In this document: positions 25,031-40,000 of the stretch, one piece after another
Numbering within the stretch: position 1 is the stretch's first letter
How the letters are laid out: each line of letters starts with the position of its first letter
Assembly: GCA_030248215.1 (NCBI GenBank)
Contig: JASANG010000957.1
Coordinates: 1-64,000, forward strand
Reading direction: 5' to 3'
Source: Enoplolaimus lenunculus
Taxonomy: Eukaryota
Length of the DNA: 64,000 nt
The notes under the pieces: generated by a model
The model's input: the letters and a program-made list of their open reading frames with translations, nothing else
What the model was told of the DNA's origin: nothing
The model's database searches: none
Program-made: the position numbers and the translations under genes

Positions 25031-28000
25031 TATACAATTTCAACTTCTTCGTCAGAAGCGTCAAATGATTGAGCGAAATGAGTTTGCTGCTGCTGCTGCT
25101 GCTGTTGTTGTTGCAATCTTGAACCAGTCCATTCATTGTTGGATCGTCTTGGATTGAACTGTACTTCACTGTCGGGTCGTTGTCCTGGTTTATTTTGCCC
25201 GTTTTTATTCGATTTAAATGCTGTTCGTCGTCGCTCAGTTGGAGATGTCGCGGCACTGTTTGTGTTACTCGTTTCACTTCCGGAAGTCGGACTTTCAGGC
25301 AAACCAGGAAGCGGTTTTGAAGGCGGAAATTTAAATTTTGATTGCCGTTCGTCGAGTTTGACTTGTAGACCGGATGTTCCTGACGTCGCCGCTGTAGTAG
25401 GTTCGGTTTCGCTTGACGACAAACTTGCTACAGATAGGGGTTGTACGTTAGAAATCGATTCTGAGTTTGATTCACTGCTTGGGGGTAATGACGGAAGCAT
25501 TGGTGGATTATCTGGACGTGCCGATGGACAAGTAGGGTACGGATAAACTGATATAGAGGGCGTATCGTTGTCACTTAAGCTTGTACTGACAGTTCGTACT
25601 GATGACGACGGATAGTAGATTGCGCTACCGGAAGAGTTGAGGACTGAGCATCCGGAATCGATTGATGTGCTCAAGCCTAGAATTCCAATCCGTGACGGAG
25701 TAGTACGGCGCCCCGGGGCGGAAGCATTCGGGGTCCGGGTCCGCCGTGAGTTAGCGTCCGTCTGGCGTACTCGGTTACTCGCTAACGACAGCTGGTCTGA
25801 CACGCTGCCGGCAAGACTAGGCTCGCTACGTTCAGCATCACAACCCGAATCGGTAGAATGTGCCGATATGGAATCTTTGTTGAAACTGTTTGTTCGTCGA
25901 AATCGTACCACACCACCTTCGGGTTTACTTCTAGAGTCCATCTGAGTGAGCTCTAGTTCTTGTGAGCTCGCGTCCGACTCCAATACTCGCTCCAGTTGCT
26001 TCGCACACCGGACACTGTTGCTACTGGAAGGGTCAAGGATTCCGGTGTCGGTGGTAATTTCGTCGTCCGGATGCGCGACTGTGTAGTAGCTTTGCATTGG
26101 ATTCACATAAAGTCCGTCGTAGTATTCACTTGAGTTTTGATCGCTTATTAGTTCCAGCAATTTGCCAAGCGCTTCTTTGATGTGCGCGAAGGTCGGACGG
26201 TCCGTTGGATCGGCGAGCCATGTTTCCCACATTATATCGTATCTGAAAATCATAATAATAATAATAAAAACAACAACAACAATAATAATAATTAATTGTA
26301 ATAATTATAACAATAATAATACTTATAACTGTAATAATAATAATAATAATAATAATAATTAATTGTAATAATAACAATAATAATACTTATAACTGTAATA
26401 ATAATAGTAATAATAATAATAATTAATTGTAATAATAATAACAATAATAATACTTATAACTGTATAATAATAATAGTAATAATAATAATAATTAATTGTA
26501 ATAATAACAATAATAATACTTATAACTGTAATAATAATAGTAATAATAATAATTATAATTATAATTATAATTATAATAATAGTAATAATAAAAATAATAA
26601 TCTACAAAAAGTACTGGGAATTTAAAACGAACTCATAGATGAGGTTGTCAAATAATGAAGTATGCGTTTTAACAACAAACTAAACAACATCCTTTGAAAG
26701 TATAAACATTTGATGGACTTGAGAAATTAAAAATGTTCAAATCTAAAAATGGATTGTAACGTAAAAATAGATAAATACAACTTATAATGGTCACAAGCAG
26801 CAGATCGAGAAGTTTCTGAAGTGGCTGGCGAGTTGGTAAAAGTTATGAAACGCAATTTTTACTGTATGCTTGAAATGTTCACTCATATAATTAGCGGCCG
26901 ATGTTACTTTAAGAGGCGTCCAGGTTTCTGGTGGATTCATAAAATAGTAGGTTTAGATCCTAGATTACATTTTGTGCTTAGGCTTACGGTTAGGCTTAAA
27001 GTAACATTGGCCTAATTAACAATACCATAGCTAAGTGTAATAAGTATGCATCTCACAGCGATAATTAAGAATTGCAAATGCATTAATTAACTGACGATTT
27101 CTTATTTTGTTTTCTGCTGTAAAAGCGAAAATTGTAAGGTAGGAACCTTATATCCTGTCAATGGATGCACTTGTAGTGAACATTAAAAATACATTTGCAT
27201 TTTATAGTACGTTAGCAAATTGTTTTACAATACATGCAACACAAACGTTTCGCTGACAATCTAAAGTTGCTAATAACTGTCAGTCTAGGTAGGAACCAAG
27301 GACACCAGACCTTTCTACGAAGCAGCTGGAAAAGCGGGCTAGAGCGGGGATCGAACTCTCAGCCTATGGATCCTTGAGCGAGCACTCTACCACTGCGCCA
27401 CGTAGCCCGCCTCTCCAACTGCATTTTTCGTCAACTATATGTGCCGACTCTACACCACTAAGTGCATTGCATTTATTGCATATGCACCAGGACAAGCATG
27501 TCTCACATGCTTACAACAACTGTTCTTCTGAAATTTACTCGTTACTTACGTCTAATTCTGAGAAAAGCAGATTACGGTACTGTAATGAACAGAATAAGAG
27601 GGGGCCTGATATTTATTTGGCTTCGCCAGTGGGTACCCCCCTGGTATTCGGTTACGGACTGTTATTTTTTAACTCGCCCTTCGTTATTGATATGATATAT
27701 TCCGTATTGCAACTATCCGTTGAATTAAACGTTTATTTGTCTTATAGCTTGAGCGATAATGCAAGGTTATACTTAGTAATGTACTTTCAAAACTTAAGTA
27801 CGCTATAAAGTTTCGAACTCAAGTTTATTTGGTCCTGGAGTCATTTATGCACTACAATTAGGAATAATTGACATTTATGGACTCTAATTAGGGTTTAAAG
27901 ACTCTATCCGCTGACGGTCTCGTATTAGGGATACGGACTTCTATTGATTTGGACTCAAAATGGGGACCCCGTCTTATTCGAGTCACTACAGTACGTTTTA

Positions 28001-31000
28001 GGGTATATTTAGTTGTTCATTAATTACTGTGTTTTTGGGTTTGTACATATATATGACATATTTAAACATTTCGAATATTAGCGAATTAAAATAGCAGTTT
28101 TAGTGAAAAAATATGAAATTCTTACAGCTCATCGGGACACTTATCAGGCTGTTCCATTCGGTTTCCTTCGATCAAATAATTCAACATTGCCGTCCGAAAA
28201 TCGCCATCCAAAGGCATTATGTCCGGATATGGTGCGCCGCCAAGCGTAATAATTTCGAACATCAAGATCCCAAAAGCCCACCTAAAACAGTTTAAAAATT
28301 GGTTTAGTTTGAATTGAAAATTAAACTACACTATAAATTCCAAAGAGTTTATTAATCAATTCTGCTAGCGAGTTAGTTAGTTCTGAATTAATATCAGTAA
28401 ACATTAACACACGCTGAGTTGAGTTGACTCTGGGTGAGTTGATTAATTAACTCAGAATCAATTGAATCAACTCACAATCCTGAGATCTGATAGTCCTAAC
28501 TCAGACTGAGTAATTCAACTCATTCTGAGTTAAAATCAACTCACTGGAATTTACAGTGTATCTGGTTTGATTTTTGACCACCAAATTTTGCAGAAACCAA
28601 ATCAAGGTAAACTTGGTCAGGATTTTAGTTAAATTTAAGGTTCAATTAATCGGCAAACTTACACATCACTTTTGGTGGTAAACTCGTAGCGTTCTATGGC
28701 TTCGAGTGCCATCCATTTAATTGGTAATTTCCCACCGCGTGCCATGTATGCAGTATCCGTATGTACGAATCGAGTTAACCCAAAATCTCCGATCTAAAAT
28801 TATTTGAATTTATTTTGAGTCGGAGTGATTGCAATATTTGCAATATCATCATCTTAAATCTGTGCAATGCACTATGCTTACTGCAGTTGCGTACTCGTTT
28901 ACAATTTGTTTACATCAAAGCAATAAACAGTGAACCGAAATGCGAACAAAATGTACTGCGCAGTTTTTAGGAATAAAAAGGTTTCAGAGAAATGATTTAA
29001 AGTTTGCAACCAAAAAGACAGCTGATTCGTTAATGCCTAGTGTTCTTTCTCAGATCGCCACAAAGTGCCAACTTCGGGATTATGAACGTCCAAAGGGCAG
29101 ACAATCACTGGAACCTGTCCGCAAATCTTGCAGGGTACCAACAGGAACGAAATTGTGCCAAAACTGAACCAGGGACAGGAATTGAATTGTCGCAGGAATC
29201 CCGGCCGGAACATGGAATTCCGACGGAACCTTGGATGTGTTTGTATACTAAAGTTAAAAATTTAATTAAAACACAGGGGTATACCTTTAAGTGTCCCCGT
29301 TCATCGACCAATATGTTACGTGCAGCAATATCACGATGTATATATCCTTTGCCGCTGATATATTCCATTCCATCCGACACCTGATATGACATCTGAATCA
29401 CGTCTTGGAGTCGAATAATTTTTGATTGGTCGAGAAGCGCTTGTGCCGTAGGATCGGACAAATCAACGCCTTCTTCAATTTGCTAAACATTAAACATTGG
29501 TGGTCAAGAATCGATGATCACTCTTTCAAGAGTGCACTGCAACAAATGGTGTGTCAAATTGACTCTGTATAAAATAGGCTCTACGGGACGACACAAACTA
29601 AGTCGAATTTAATGTCGTCAGAGTCAAATTCAACTCACTGAGTCGCACGTTTGACTCTGGCGCACACGAATTTGAGTCAGTTTGTATAGTCCCGAACAGC
29701 CTATTTCGGATAGAGTCAATTTGACTCAGCATTTTTTGCAGTGTATGCAACTGGGTAGATTCTGTGTAGAAATGAATGTACCAAGCACGCGTTACATTTT
29801 GTGTTTACTCAACCGTATATATACTAGCTGTAACAGTACAGTAAAGCATAAAATGCTAAGTCTAGGGCTAATCCTAGACCAAACCTCGGCGTAAATTATG
29901 TCCAACACAGCGCATATAAGTAAAATACAACTCTACCACTGTATTGCAATTTATGCCCGTATTCTTAAATGTATGCAGCACCTATAACCAGTAATTAATA
30001 ACTCTTGTAGCTTTCAAACAGGTAAAAATGGAGGAATTCGAAATTCAGCGCAATTTTTCCATTTGATTTGTTTTACTTTTATGCCCATGTTGAGATCTGA
30101 AATTGAAGCTGTTCGACAGTTTGAAAACATCTCGCTAACTAATGATACATGCAGGGTGCAACCGGATATCCGGTTCCGGTTTAATATCCGGCAAAAACTG
30201 GTATCCGTGTCCGGTTCCGGTATTTGGTATAAACCTACCGAATAGCGGATATTTGCGGTTGGGGTGCTGAATATCATAAAACGTGCTTTTTACAAATGAG
30301 CGCGTTTAACACCTTGCTGCAATTGCATTTCTGGACAAGTCAAAAGTTCAAGTTTTGGTACGCCTTCAGCTACTTTTGGCTTAGGTTTAGGCTTAGGCTT
30401 AGGCTTAGGCTTAAGCTTAGGCTTAGGCTTAGGCTTAGCTTTATGTAAGCGAGCGAAAGGTAACCGCATGTTTGCATTAAATAATTTCAGTTTATCAGCT
30501 GCATCTATGAACTTTATAACATACGATAAACCTTGAGCACGCTCAAATTACAGCGGAAAAATAATTTATCTATTTCGACATAATTATATATTCGGTATCC
30601 GGTTCCTGTTCCGGAAAAAAGTTAATATCCGTATCCGGTAAAGCCAAATTAAACTCACCTGGGTCATATATTTTCTACGGTCTCTCAAATAGTGTAACAA
30701 ATCCCCGTTTGAACAGTACTCGACAATCAATGACAGTGGTTGATTTTCAGTAATACAGTATAATATGTTTACCAGGCGACAATGTGAATACAACGACTTC
30801 ATTAATTGAATTTCTTGTAGAAAATCCGTTTTTGTTGCTTTGTCGGCATAATCTGAAAACAAAAATGAAATATTTTTTCAGTTAAAAAATTTAAAACTCG
30901 CACCATTTATGATATTCGGCGCAGGTGTGCAGCCGCAATTCCGGTTCCGGTAGCGAAATCTGCTATTTTTCACTATTCAGTTGCGGTATTAACAAATTCG

Positions 31001-34000
31001 GTACGTTTACTAAGGAATTTTCCGGTTTTTTCGGTAGTGAAAATTTTTTGTCGTTCGAAAATTTAAAAATAAAAATTAATATTTTATTCTGATGTGTTTT
31101 CTAAAATTGTCTGAGCGCGTAATGACCAAAATTGTCAATTTGTGTCATACCAAATAATTTATCGTACGTTTCCCAGCGGCTGTATTTGTTTCAAGATTTT
31201 GTCATTCTAAATGGTGCATGTGTTTAGGATATTAATTGTCAGTGATGTTCGAGTGCACAGAGGAAGAACCAAATGTCTCATACACTGTAAATTTTAGTGA
31301 GTTGATTTTAACTTAAAATGAGTTGAATCACTCAGTCTGAATTAGGACTGTCAGAACTCAGAATTTTGAGTAGATTCATTCATTCGGAGTTAATTAATCA
31401 AATCACCCAAAGTCAACTCAACTCAGAGTGAGTTAATGTTTACTAATATTAATTCAGAAATAACCAACTCGCTAACTGAATTGGTTAATCAGCTCATTGG
31501 AATTTACAGCGTAAATATATAACGCCACGGTTGGAACAAATGCTTCAGCCATGTTTTCAAGATTTATTTCAAACTATATTTCCATAAAACCATAAAATAG
31601 CTTTAAAAATGAATTTTTCGGTAAGAAGTATTTTTGTTTTCTGGTCGTGCCGGAAAGTAGAGAATTATTACAAAACATATTTTTGATGCTTTGACGTCAT
31701 CCGGCATCGGACATTAATAACATTGGTGAGGGAACGATACGAATTTTGAAACAATACTGAGGAAATAGCTTTGTGCTAAGATGTGGGAACACTGTAAATC
31801 CTAGCGAGTTGATTTTAACTCAGAATGAGCTGAATCACTCAGTATGAGTTTTAGACTTTCAGAAGTCAGATTTCTGAGTCAAGAAAACTCACTCTGAGTT
31901 AGTTATTCAACTCATCTGGAATCGACTGAACTCAGGGTGGGAATCAAATGTACTCAGAGTGAGTTAATGTTTACTGTTATTAACTCAGAAATAACTAAAT
32001 TCTAGCTGAATTGATTAATCAACTTCTTGAAATATACAATGAACGAAAAAAAATAGTGACTGATTGTTCAACCAAAGGCTTGTAAATTGGGATTTTTAAA
32101 TTACACGTCGACTTGTTTACGTTGTGGTATATGATCTATTGCCACACGATACACAGTGTAAATTCCAGTGAACTGATTGAAATTCAGAATGAGTTAAATC
32201 ACTGACGTGGAAATGCTCGCGAAAAATACTTATGTACTTCAGCTGAGCTTAATGCAGCTGATAAAAAGTTGTGAAACGTAATTTTTAATGTATGCTAAAT
32301 ATGTGCCAATTTCTTAAGGGGAAAAATTGTAAGGTACCTTACTACACTGTAAATTTCACTGAGTTGGTTTTAACTCAGAATGAGTTGAATCACTCAGTCT
32401 CAGTTAGGATCATCCGAACTCAGAATTTTGAATTGATTCAATTCATTCTGAGTGTTTAATTAATCAACTCACCCAGAGTCAACACAACTCAGAGTGAGCT
32501 AATATTTACTGATATTCATTCAGAAATAATAAACTCGCTGGGCTGAATTGATTTATCATCTCATTGGAATTTACAGTGTATTTTATCACAAAAAATGTAC
32601 TAAACGGGGGTACGTAGGTTTGATTCCCACCCGTCCCCTCTGTATCCGCAAGTACATTACCGTAGCATTGTTTGACAGCTACAACCATATCATCTGCATA
32701 CTCTTGAATGTTGGTTAAATTCGATTTTGCCGACGGTGCGGTTATTACACGACCGAGAACTTTGCCTGAAATTTAAATTCCCATAATTATGTATATCAAG
32801 CACAAGTCCTAACCATTAAATGTCAATACGTAATTCTAATTTAAGCAGTACCCTATAGAGCCCTTCACGAAAATTTCGCTACAGATGCGGTGAGGCTCGA
32901 ACCCACGACGTACGGATTATCACCCGGCTACTCTACATCTCAGCTGCGCAACCATGCAAACTTTTCGCTACAATGGCTGTATATACTGTGAGTTTGCTAC
33001 TACAATATACGTATTAGCCTAATTTTGACTTAGACAGTAAAACCGCTAACCCAAGCCTGAGCTTAAGCGAGCACATGAAAATCGCTACTCGGTTTGGAAC
33101 CTGTTCTATACATGAGCGAAATTCACTTTACTGAAAAGAATTATGATTCAAAAACAGATTTTGTAATACAAGTAGGTTCAGGCTTAAACAATTAGTTATC
33201 AATTTAGAGTCTAAAAATATCAGCACCGATATGCCCAACTCTATAGTTACATTCGACTTCAAAATATCTTACAGCTACATTAGTGATCCGTTAAACTTAA
33301 TTACACTGTAAATTCCAATGAGTTGATTAATCAAGCGATTGAGAGAATTAATTATTTCGGGTTATTTCTGAGTTGGTATCAGCAAATGATAACTCACTCT
33401 GAGCTCATTTAATTCCGGATGAGTTAACTAGTTAAATAACGTTCAAACTATAAAGAATTCTGAGTTCTGAAAGACCTAATTCACAGTTCAGACTTCTGAG
33501 TGGATTCAACTCATTCTGTGTTAAAATCAACTCACTGGAATTCACAATGTAGGTTAACAATGAGCATTACTTATTAAGTAATTCCAGTTTTCAGATAGAA
33601 CATGAATGAAGCGCTCACAAGTAATGCAAGTCTTGCAGTTACAAAACACGGCCTTTGTAGTGTGCGATATTTTAAACGGTACATTGTAAATTTCAGCGAG
33701 TTGATTTTAATTCAGAATGAGTTGAACCACTCAGTCTGAGTTAGAACTATCAGAACTCACAATTTTGAGTTGATTCAATTCATTCTGAGATAATTAACCA
33801 ACTCACCCAGAGTCAACTTAACTCAGAGTGACAATCAACTCAACCTAGAGTGAGTTTATGTTTTCTAATATTAATTCAGAAATCACCAACTCGCTGACAG
33901 TGAATTGATTAATCAACTCATTGGAATTTACAGTGTATCATGGACGGAACCAGAAAATAATTACTAATCTGCTTGAGGAAGTGAAATGAAAACTGCAAGT

Positions 34001-37000
34001 TCACTGTAAATTCAAATGAGTTGGATTAATCAATTCAGCTAGCGAGTTGGTTATTTCTGAATTAATATCATTAAACATAAACTCACTCTGAGTTGATTTC
34101 ATTCTCAAGCTGAGTTGAATTGACTCTGGGCGGGTTGGTTAATTAACTCAGAATGAATTGAATCAACTCAAAATTCTGAGTTCTGAGAGTCCTACCTCAG
34201 ACTGAGTGATTCAACTCATTCTGAGTTAAAATCAACTCACTGCAATTTACAGTGTTTATAAATATTGGAACCGGAACCGAATCGTTTGCGCGATTTTATT
34301 TTTTTTATTTATAATCGGAATCAGAACTAATTGTAAATCTAATTTTAACCGAAATCGTAACTCTGCTTATACCCTCCTGATTATACAAGAAAAATATTGC
34401 TCATCCGTACATTTGATGATTGGTTTATTTTCCTGGCCGCCGACCCCGGGTAAAACTCTGGACCCTGGGACATGCCTAAATATATTTGTACCTCGATAAA
34501 CTTGTCCAAATGCGCCTTTGCCAAGCGTTTCTTCTTCGTAAACAATCAGCCGGCGTGGGTCAACTTCCCATTTATCACATAGTTCTGGTCTGAAAATTAC
34601 AATAATTATATTATATCCAGGGGCGTATTCAAAGTGGACAATAAAGCCGATAAGTTCAATCGGAATTTTTGGAAAGTCTGGCTCTTAGAGGTCAAACTAA
34701 TGGCTTTTCATCAGATTGTACCGTTCTTAGCAATTGGCTGCGCCCCTGTCTCACGAAACCTATTAAATTACGTTTATGCGAGCTAGAAGCTTAACGCAAT
34801 TTTAGTATTATATATCTTAATAAGAAATTCTGGTTTTGATATCTGTTTGGGAGCTAAGTCTACATTGTAAAAAATGGTGAGTCAAATTGATTCTCATCGA
34901 AATACGCACTACGCGACTTCGCAAACTGAGTCAAATTCAACTCCGCCGGAGTTAAACACGCAACTCAGGAACGCGAACTTGACTCTGGCTGAGTCAAATT
35001 TGACTCAGTTTGTGTAGTCCCGTAGAGCCTATTTCGGAGACAGTCAATTTGACTCAGTTTGTGTAGTCCCGTAGAGCCTATTTTGGAGAGAGTCAAATTT
35101 GATTCAGTTTGTGTACTCCCGTAGAGCCTATTTCGGAGACAGTCAATTTGACTCAGTTTGTGTAGTCCCGTAGAGCCTATTTTGGAGACAGTCAATTTGA
35201 CTCAGTTTGTGTAGTCCCGTAGAGCCTATTTTGGAGAGAGTCAAATTTGACTCTGTTTGTGTAGTCCCGTAGAGAGAGTCAAATTTGACTCAGTTTGTGT
35301 AGTCCCGTAGAGCCTATCTCGGAGACAGTCAATTTGACTCACCATTTTTTGCAGTGTAGCTTCCACCTATTTGATTGATCCGGCCTGTGCTTACCTGGTT
35401 AAATCAACATAAGGGCGTCGAATAATTGACAACCGATCAATGGGAGGCTGTCGTTTATCCAGCTTAATTTTGCGATAAATTACACAGCCAACGAATGCAA
35501 CAATAACCATTGCAATGCAAATTGGGATAATAATTGTAGTTGCAAGTTTGCGTTTATCCAATCCGTTCGCGTCTAAAATTTCATAGCTAATATTGATGTT
35601 AGTTGCGATACGCAAATAAGCTAAAAAATCAACGCATCCGACTGCGGGAGAATTTTTGCCGGAGGTTCCGGTAATTTTGGCAGTGAAATTTTGCAGTTTT
35701 AGACCATTTACCGGTTTGGTGCGTTTTGTTTTAAGTTCTGGCACAATTTGAGAAAAGAATTGAAGAGATTTCGTAAAAAAACAAGCGTAAACCTAAACGA
35801 TTAAACATCACATTACAGATATTTGCTAAAATTAACAAACTAAACATCATTTTACCTAATTTCACCTCGACTCTGCGGCTTCACCTCCGGCTCTGGCAAG
35901 TTTTGTTGAGCTCCGGTATTTTTCACTTCCGGTTGCATTTAGAAATTAGTGTGACTTGGCAAAAAAATAGTGCGACGGGGTGTATATACGCAATTGCTAT
36001 AGCATCTGCTCAGATATAAAAAAACTAGAAGCCGCAGTTGCACTTTAGGTCAACTGTTGTAGGGCTGGTTGTTGCTTAGGCACGTACACATTTATCTCAA
36101 AGTATTACCCCAACTTTGAAGTCACAGCCCAAAAGATCAGGGGCGGAACGTTTTTCTATGGGACTTGAAAAGAGTAAGCTTTCACTTTAGACTATTTTTG
36201 ATTGGCTTAGGCTTAGGCTTAGGCTTAGGCTTAGGCTTAAGCTTGGGCTTAGGAATATGCTCATTCTTACGCTTACGCTAAGGCTTAGGCTTAGGCTTAT
36301 TTGTAGGAATATGCTCATTCTTACGCTAAGGTTTAGGCTTAGGCTTAGGCTTAGGCTTATGCGAATATGCTTATAATACTGTTCCGCCCCTGTTCTTTAC
36401 ATTGAGCGAAGTCACTTATGAACTTAAACTACCAGTTGACTCTATACGCACAAATTCTTTTCTAGAACGCTTAATTTTTTCCTGTATTGTCAAAAACATT
36501 GTTTACTGCTACGCTAGACCGCTGCCCAAAATACGTACGTAGAGCATTCCAGCTTTAATAATAAAGGTAAAATAAGCATTCGGATCGTTACACAACTGCA
36601 ACAAAAGTTGTCCAACACGGTGGTGTACGCAAGTTATTGCTAAATAAGCATTTAAGCAATTTCAACCAAGTATTGGAAACTACATTTTTTGACCTTTTGA
36701 GCATTCCGGGAAGACAAGCATATGAGCCGATCCGAGCGATAATCCTTGTGTAATTTCTTCTTCCGATACATCAGATTTGAATACTGCGCAAAGCTGTACT
36801 GCAATTTCGGCGCTGCCACGTGGGACATTCGGTAAAATAACAGACGAAAAATTCTGAAACAATGATTGCAAGCATTTGGCGTCAAAGATTTGCTAACACA
36901 AAGCTTCAGTAGGAGCAGACCTGAAGCTTGAACTGAACCTTGTGCATTGTTTATGCTGCAGGTCATATCGAATGGCTGGGTTTCTGAAATCTTACTTAAG

Positions 37001-40000
37001 TATATACTTAGATCATGCATGAGTAATTACTGAAGTCGTCGACTTAAGTAAATACTTAGCCTTTGGAACAAAATCAAATATATGCCAAATTTAAACCAGT
37101 GCCATTACAAGGAAGTTTTAATTTCGTTGTAAGAGACACGATTATCCTACAGCTATTTTACTTTTATAATGTCATAACTGTTGGAAAAAACGGGCCAATG
37201 TAAAGAACAAGGGCGGAACAGTGTTGTAAGCATATTCCTAAGCGTAAACCTAAGCCTAAGCCTTAGTGCAAGAATGAGCATATTCCTAAGTCTAAGCCTA
37301 AGCGTAAGCCAAGCAAAAAATTAATAATCTAAAGCTTAAGCTTACGCTATTGCATTCCCACAGAAAAACGTTCCGCCCCTTGTGTCCAAAAAACGTAACT
37401 ACTCAAACAACATAAAACTTATTAATTCCGTCGAAAAATAGTATTATTTCGAGTGCCAAAATCATTACATGTGTAAACAGCTGCACTGTAAATACCAATG
37501 AGTTGATTAATCAGCTCAGCTAGAGAGTTAGTTATTTCTGAATCAATATCACTAAACATTAATTCACTCTGAGTTGGGTTGATTTCGGGTGCGTTGATTA
37601 ATTAACTCAGAATGAGTTGAGCCGACGCAAAATTCTGAATTCTGTCAGTCGTAACTCAGACTGAGTAATTCAACTCATTCTGAGTTAAAATCAACTCACT
37701 AAAAAATTACAGTGTATTTAAGTCATTGAAAACTCTTCAGACTGAGTGATTCAACTCATTCTGAGTTAAAATCAACTCACTAAAAAATTACAGTGTATTT
37801 AAGTCATTGAAAACTCTTCAGACTGAGTGATTCAACTCATTCTGTGTTAAAATCAACTCACTGAAATTTACAGTGTAAAAACTCAACATTGTATAAACAT
37901 GAGTTACCCCTGATATATTAACGCGATCAAACTCGTGTTTGAATGCTTGAACTAAATTTTCTGCAACCACAAAACTATTCGTTCTGAAATCGTCTTCAGG
38001 GATACCGTAGCGAATTGCATAATACTGCGGTGTGCAATCTTTGAATGTCTGAAATACAAGCATAAATTGCAACTCATATTATTACTTCTAACCAATTCGC
38101 AGTGTGGGCTGTTGACGAAATAAGTTGTTTTATGGCATACAGAAAATGTCAAAACCTTCGGTTAACAGTTAAAAGTTTGTAAATTTTTTAACCATACGTT
38201 TAGCGTAACCCCTGAACACTGAAAATTCCAATGAGTTGATTTTAACTCAGAATGAGTTGAATCCGCTCAGAAGTCTGAGTGCTGGTATTTCAGAACTCAG
38301 AATTCTGAATTGTATTAACTCATTCTAGTTAATTAGTGATCGCATCCGGAATTGAATCTCAGCTCAGAGTGAGTTAATGTCTACAGTTATTAACTCAGAA
38401 ATTACAAGAAACAACTCATTCCCTCTCTCTATTATGTTGAGTAATCAACTCATTGCAATTTACAGTGAGCCGTTCTGTTATGTTCCAATCAATTCTTGGA
38501 TGGGAATGGCACAAAAAAGATTGTCTATAATATTGAATTTGTTCGTTCAAAGTTCAGAAAAATAAAATTTGAAATGTAAGAATTGGGTCCGTACTGATTC
38601 ACAACGGGTCATACGTGTCGCCACCTCGACCCGGGACAAGGAACATTCTGTTAAAATCCCTTTAAAAATTATACAACTGAGCCACTGACCAACTTCCAAC
38701 ACTGTGCTTACCTCAAAAAATAGGGTCCAAGAAATTATTGTTGCGAATTTAGCAGACACACATTTCTTATTTCCATGAAACTGTTATTGTGTCTATATAT
38801 TAAAGATGGAATACCCCACATACGCATTTTGTGCAGCGTTCCAGCATTTCAGCACGTAATGTGTCTAACAGACGAAAGGCACAGATATGCAAATTAGAGA
38901 TCAGTGTATAATCAGATAGTCCTTTCTAATATAGATTGTTGCAATATGTTAACTTTACAGGGTACAACCGGAGGTCTGCCTCCGACTCCGGCAGAAAATT
39001 TGCCTGAGGTTCCGGCAATTTCGGTAGTAAAACTTTGCATTATTTTGCAAAATGTATCTGTTTAGCGCGTATCGTTTTAGTTTTATCACAATTTTCAGGA
39101 AAGATTTTCCGAAATTCGCACAAAATTAGCGTAAAATCAAACAACTTAACAACATATTGCAGATATTTGCTAAAACTAATTAATCGCCATTTGTACTATC
39201 TAATTTCGCTTCATATCCGGCTCCGGCAAGTTTCATTGACCTTCGGCTCCGGCAAGTTTCGTTGACCTCCGGCTCTGGCTCTGGTATTTTGCATCTCCGG
39301 TTGCACCTTGGTTAACTAATATTTTTAAGAATTGATTTTGCTGATTTTAATGTATTCAAATAAGTTGTTCTCATGAAATATACTCGAAAAACTCACCGCA
39401 TCGAATAGCGAAAATGATAGCTCGACGTTAGCTGTATCGGAACATTCCGCATTGTCCCAAACTGTGCTGTTAATTTTCAAATTGCACGCAGTTTTGTAGG
39501 TGCCTAAAACGATGATTTAGTAAATAACTTTTAGCAGAAAAGCTGAAACGCTCACGATACGTAATTTGGGCAACTTTCCAATAAAAATGGGTTTGAAATA
39601 TTTCAAACGAAAAAATTTTACAAACGTACACAAATATAAGAATTCTTGCTATGAATTTTAAGTTTTTATTCATATTCTATATATTTACATGAAATAATTG
39701 CCAATATTTAGCGTTGACAGGTTTGCTAGCATCGAAAACCTAAAAATTATGGTCAGCGTATAGTAGAACACTACCGTAACCGTGGTATAAACATATTTCT
39801 ACGCAAAAGGCTAAACAAAAAATTAAGCTAAGCCTTATTCATTTGTAGTCCTGAAGAAAAACGTTCCGCACCTGATCTTTACTTGGATCGAACGAAAAAT
39901 AAAATTCCAATACACTGGGCGTTGTTTCGATTCGTTTTAATAAACTGGATTTCGACTGCTTTAACTTAAAGTTACATAACACTTACATCTGTCTTCGTTC

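Noticed and set aside
27336..32953. Functional tRNA genes at 27336-27408 and 32884-32953
   Set aside because: A/B boxes are present, but the anticodon and acceptor stems pair poorly and no clean cloverleaf forms.
35621..35744. N-terminal part of ORF 35391..35744 as RTK coding sequence
   Set aside because: It matches family F repeat sequence, and an acceptor at 35622-35621 gives the correct phase.
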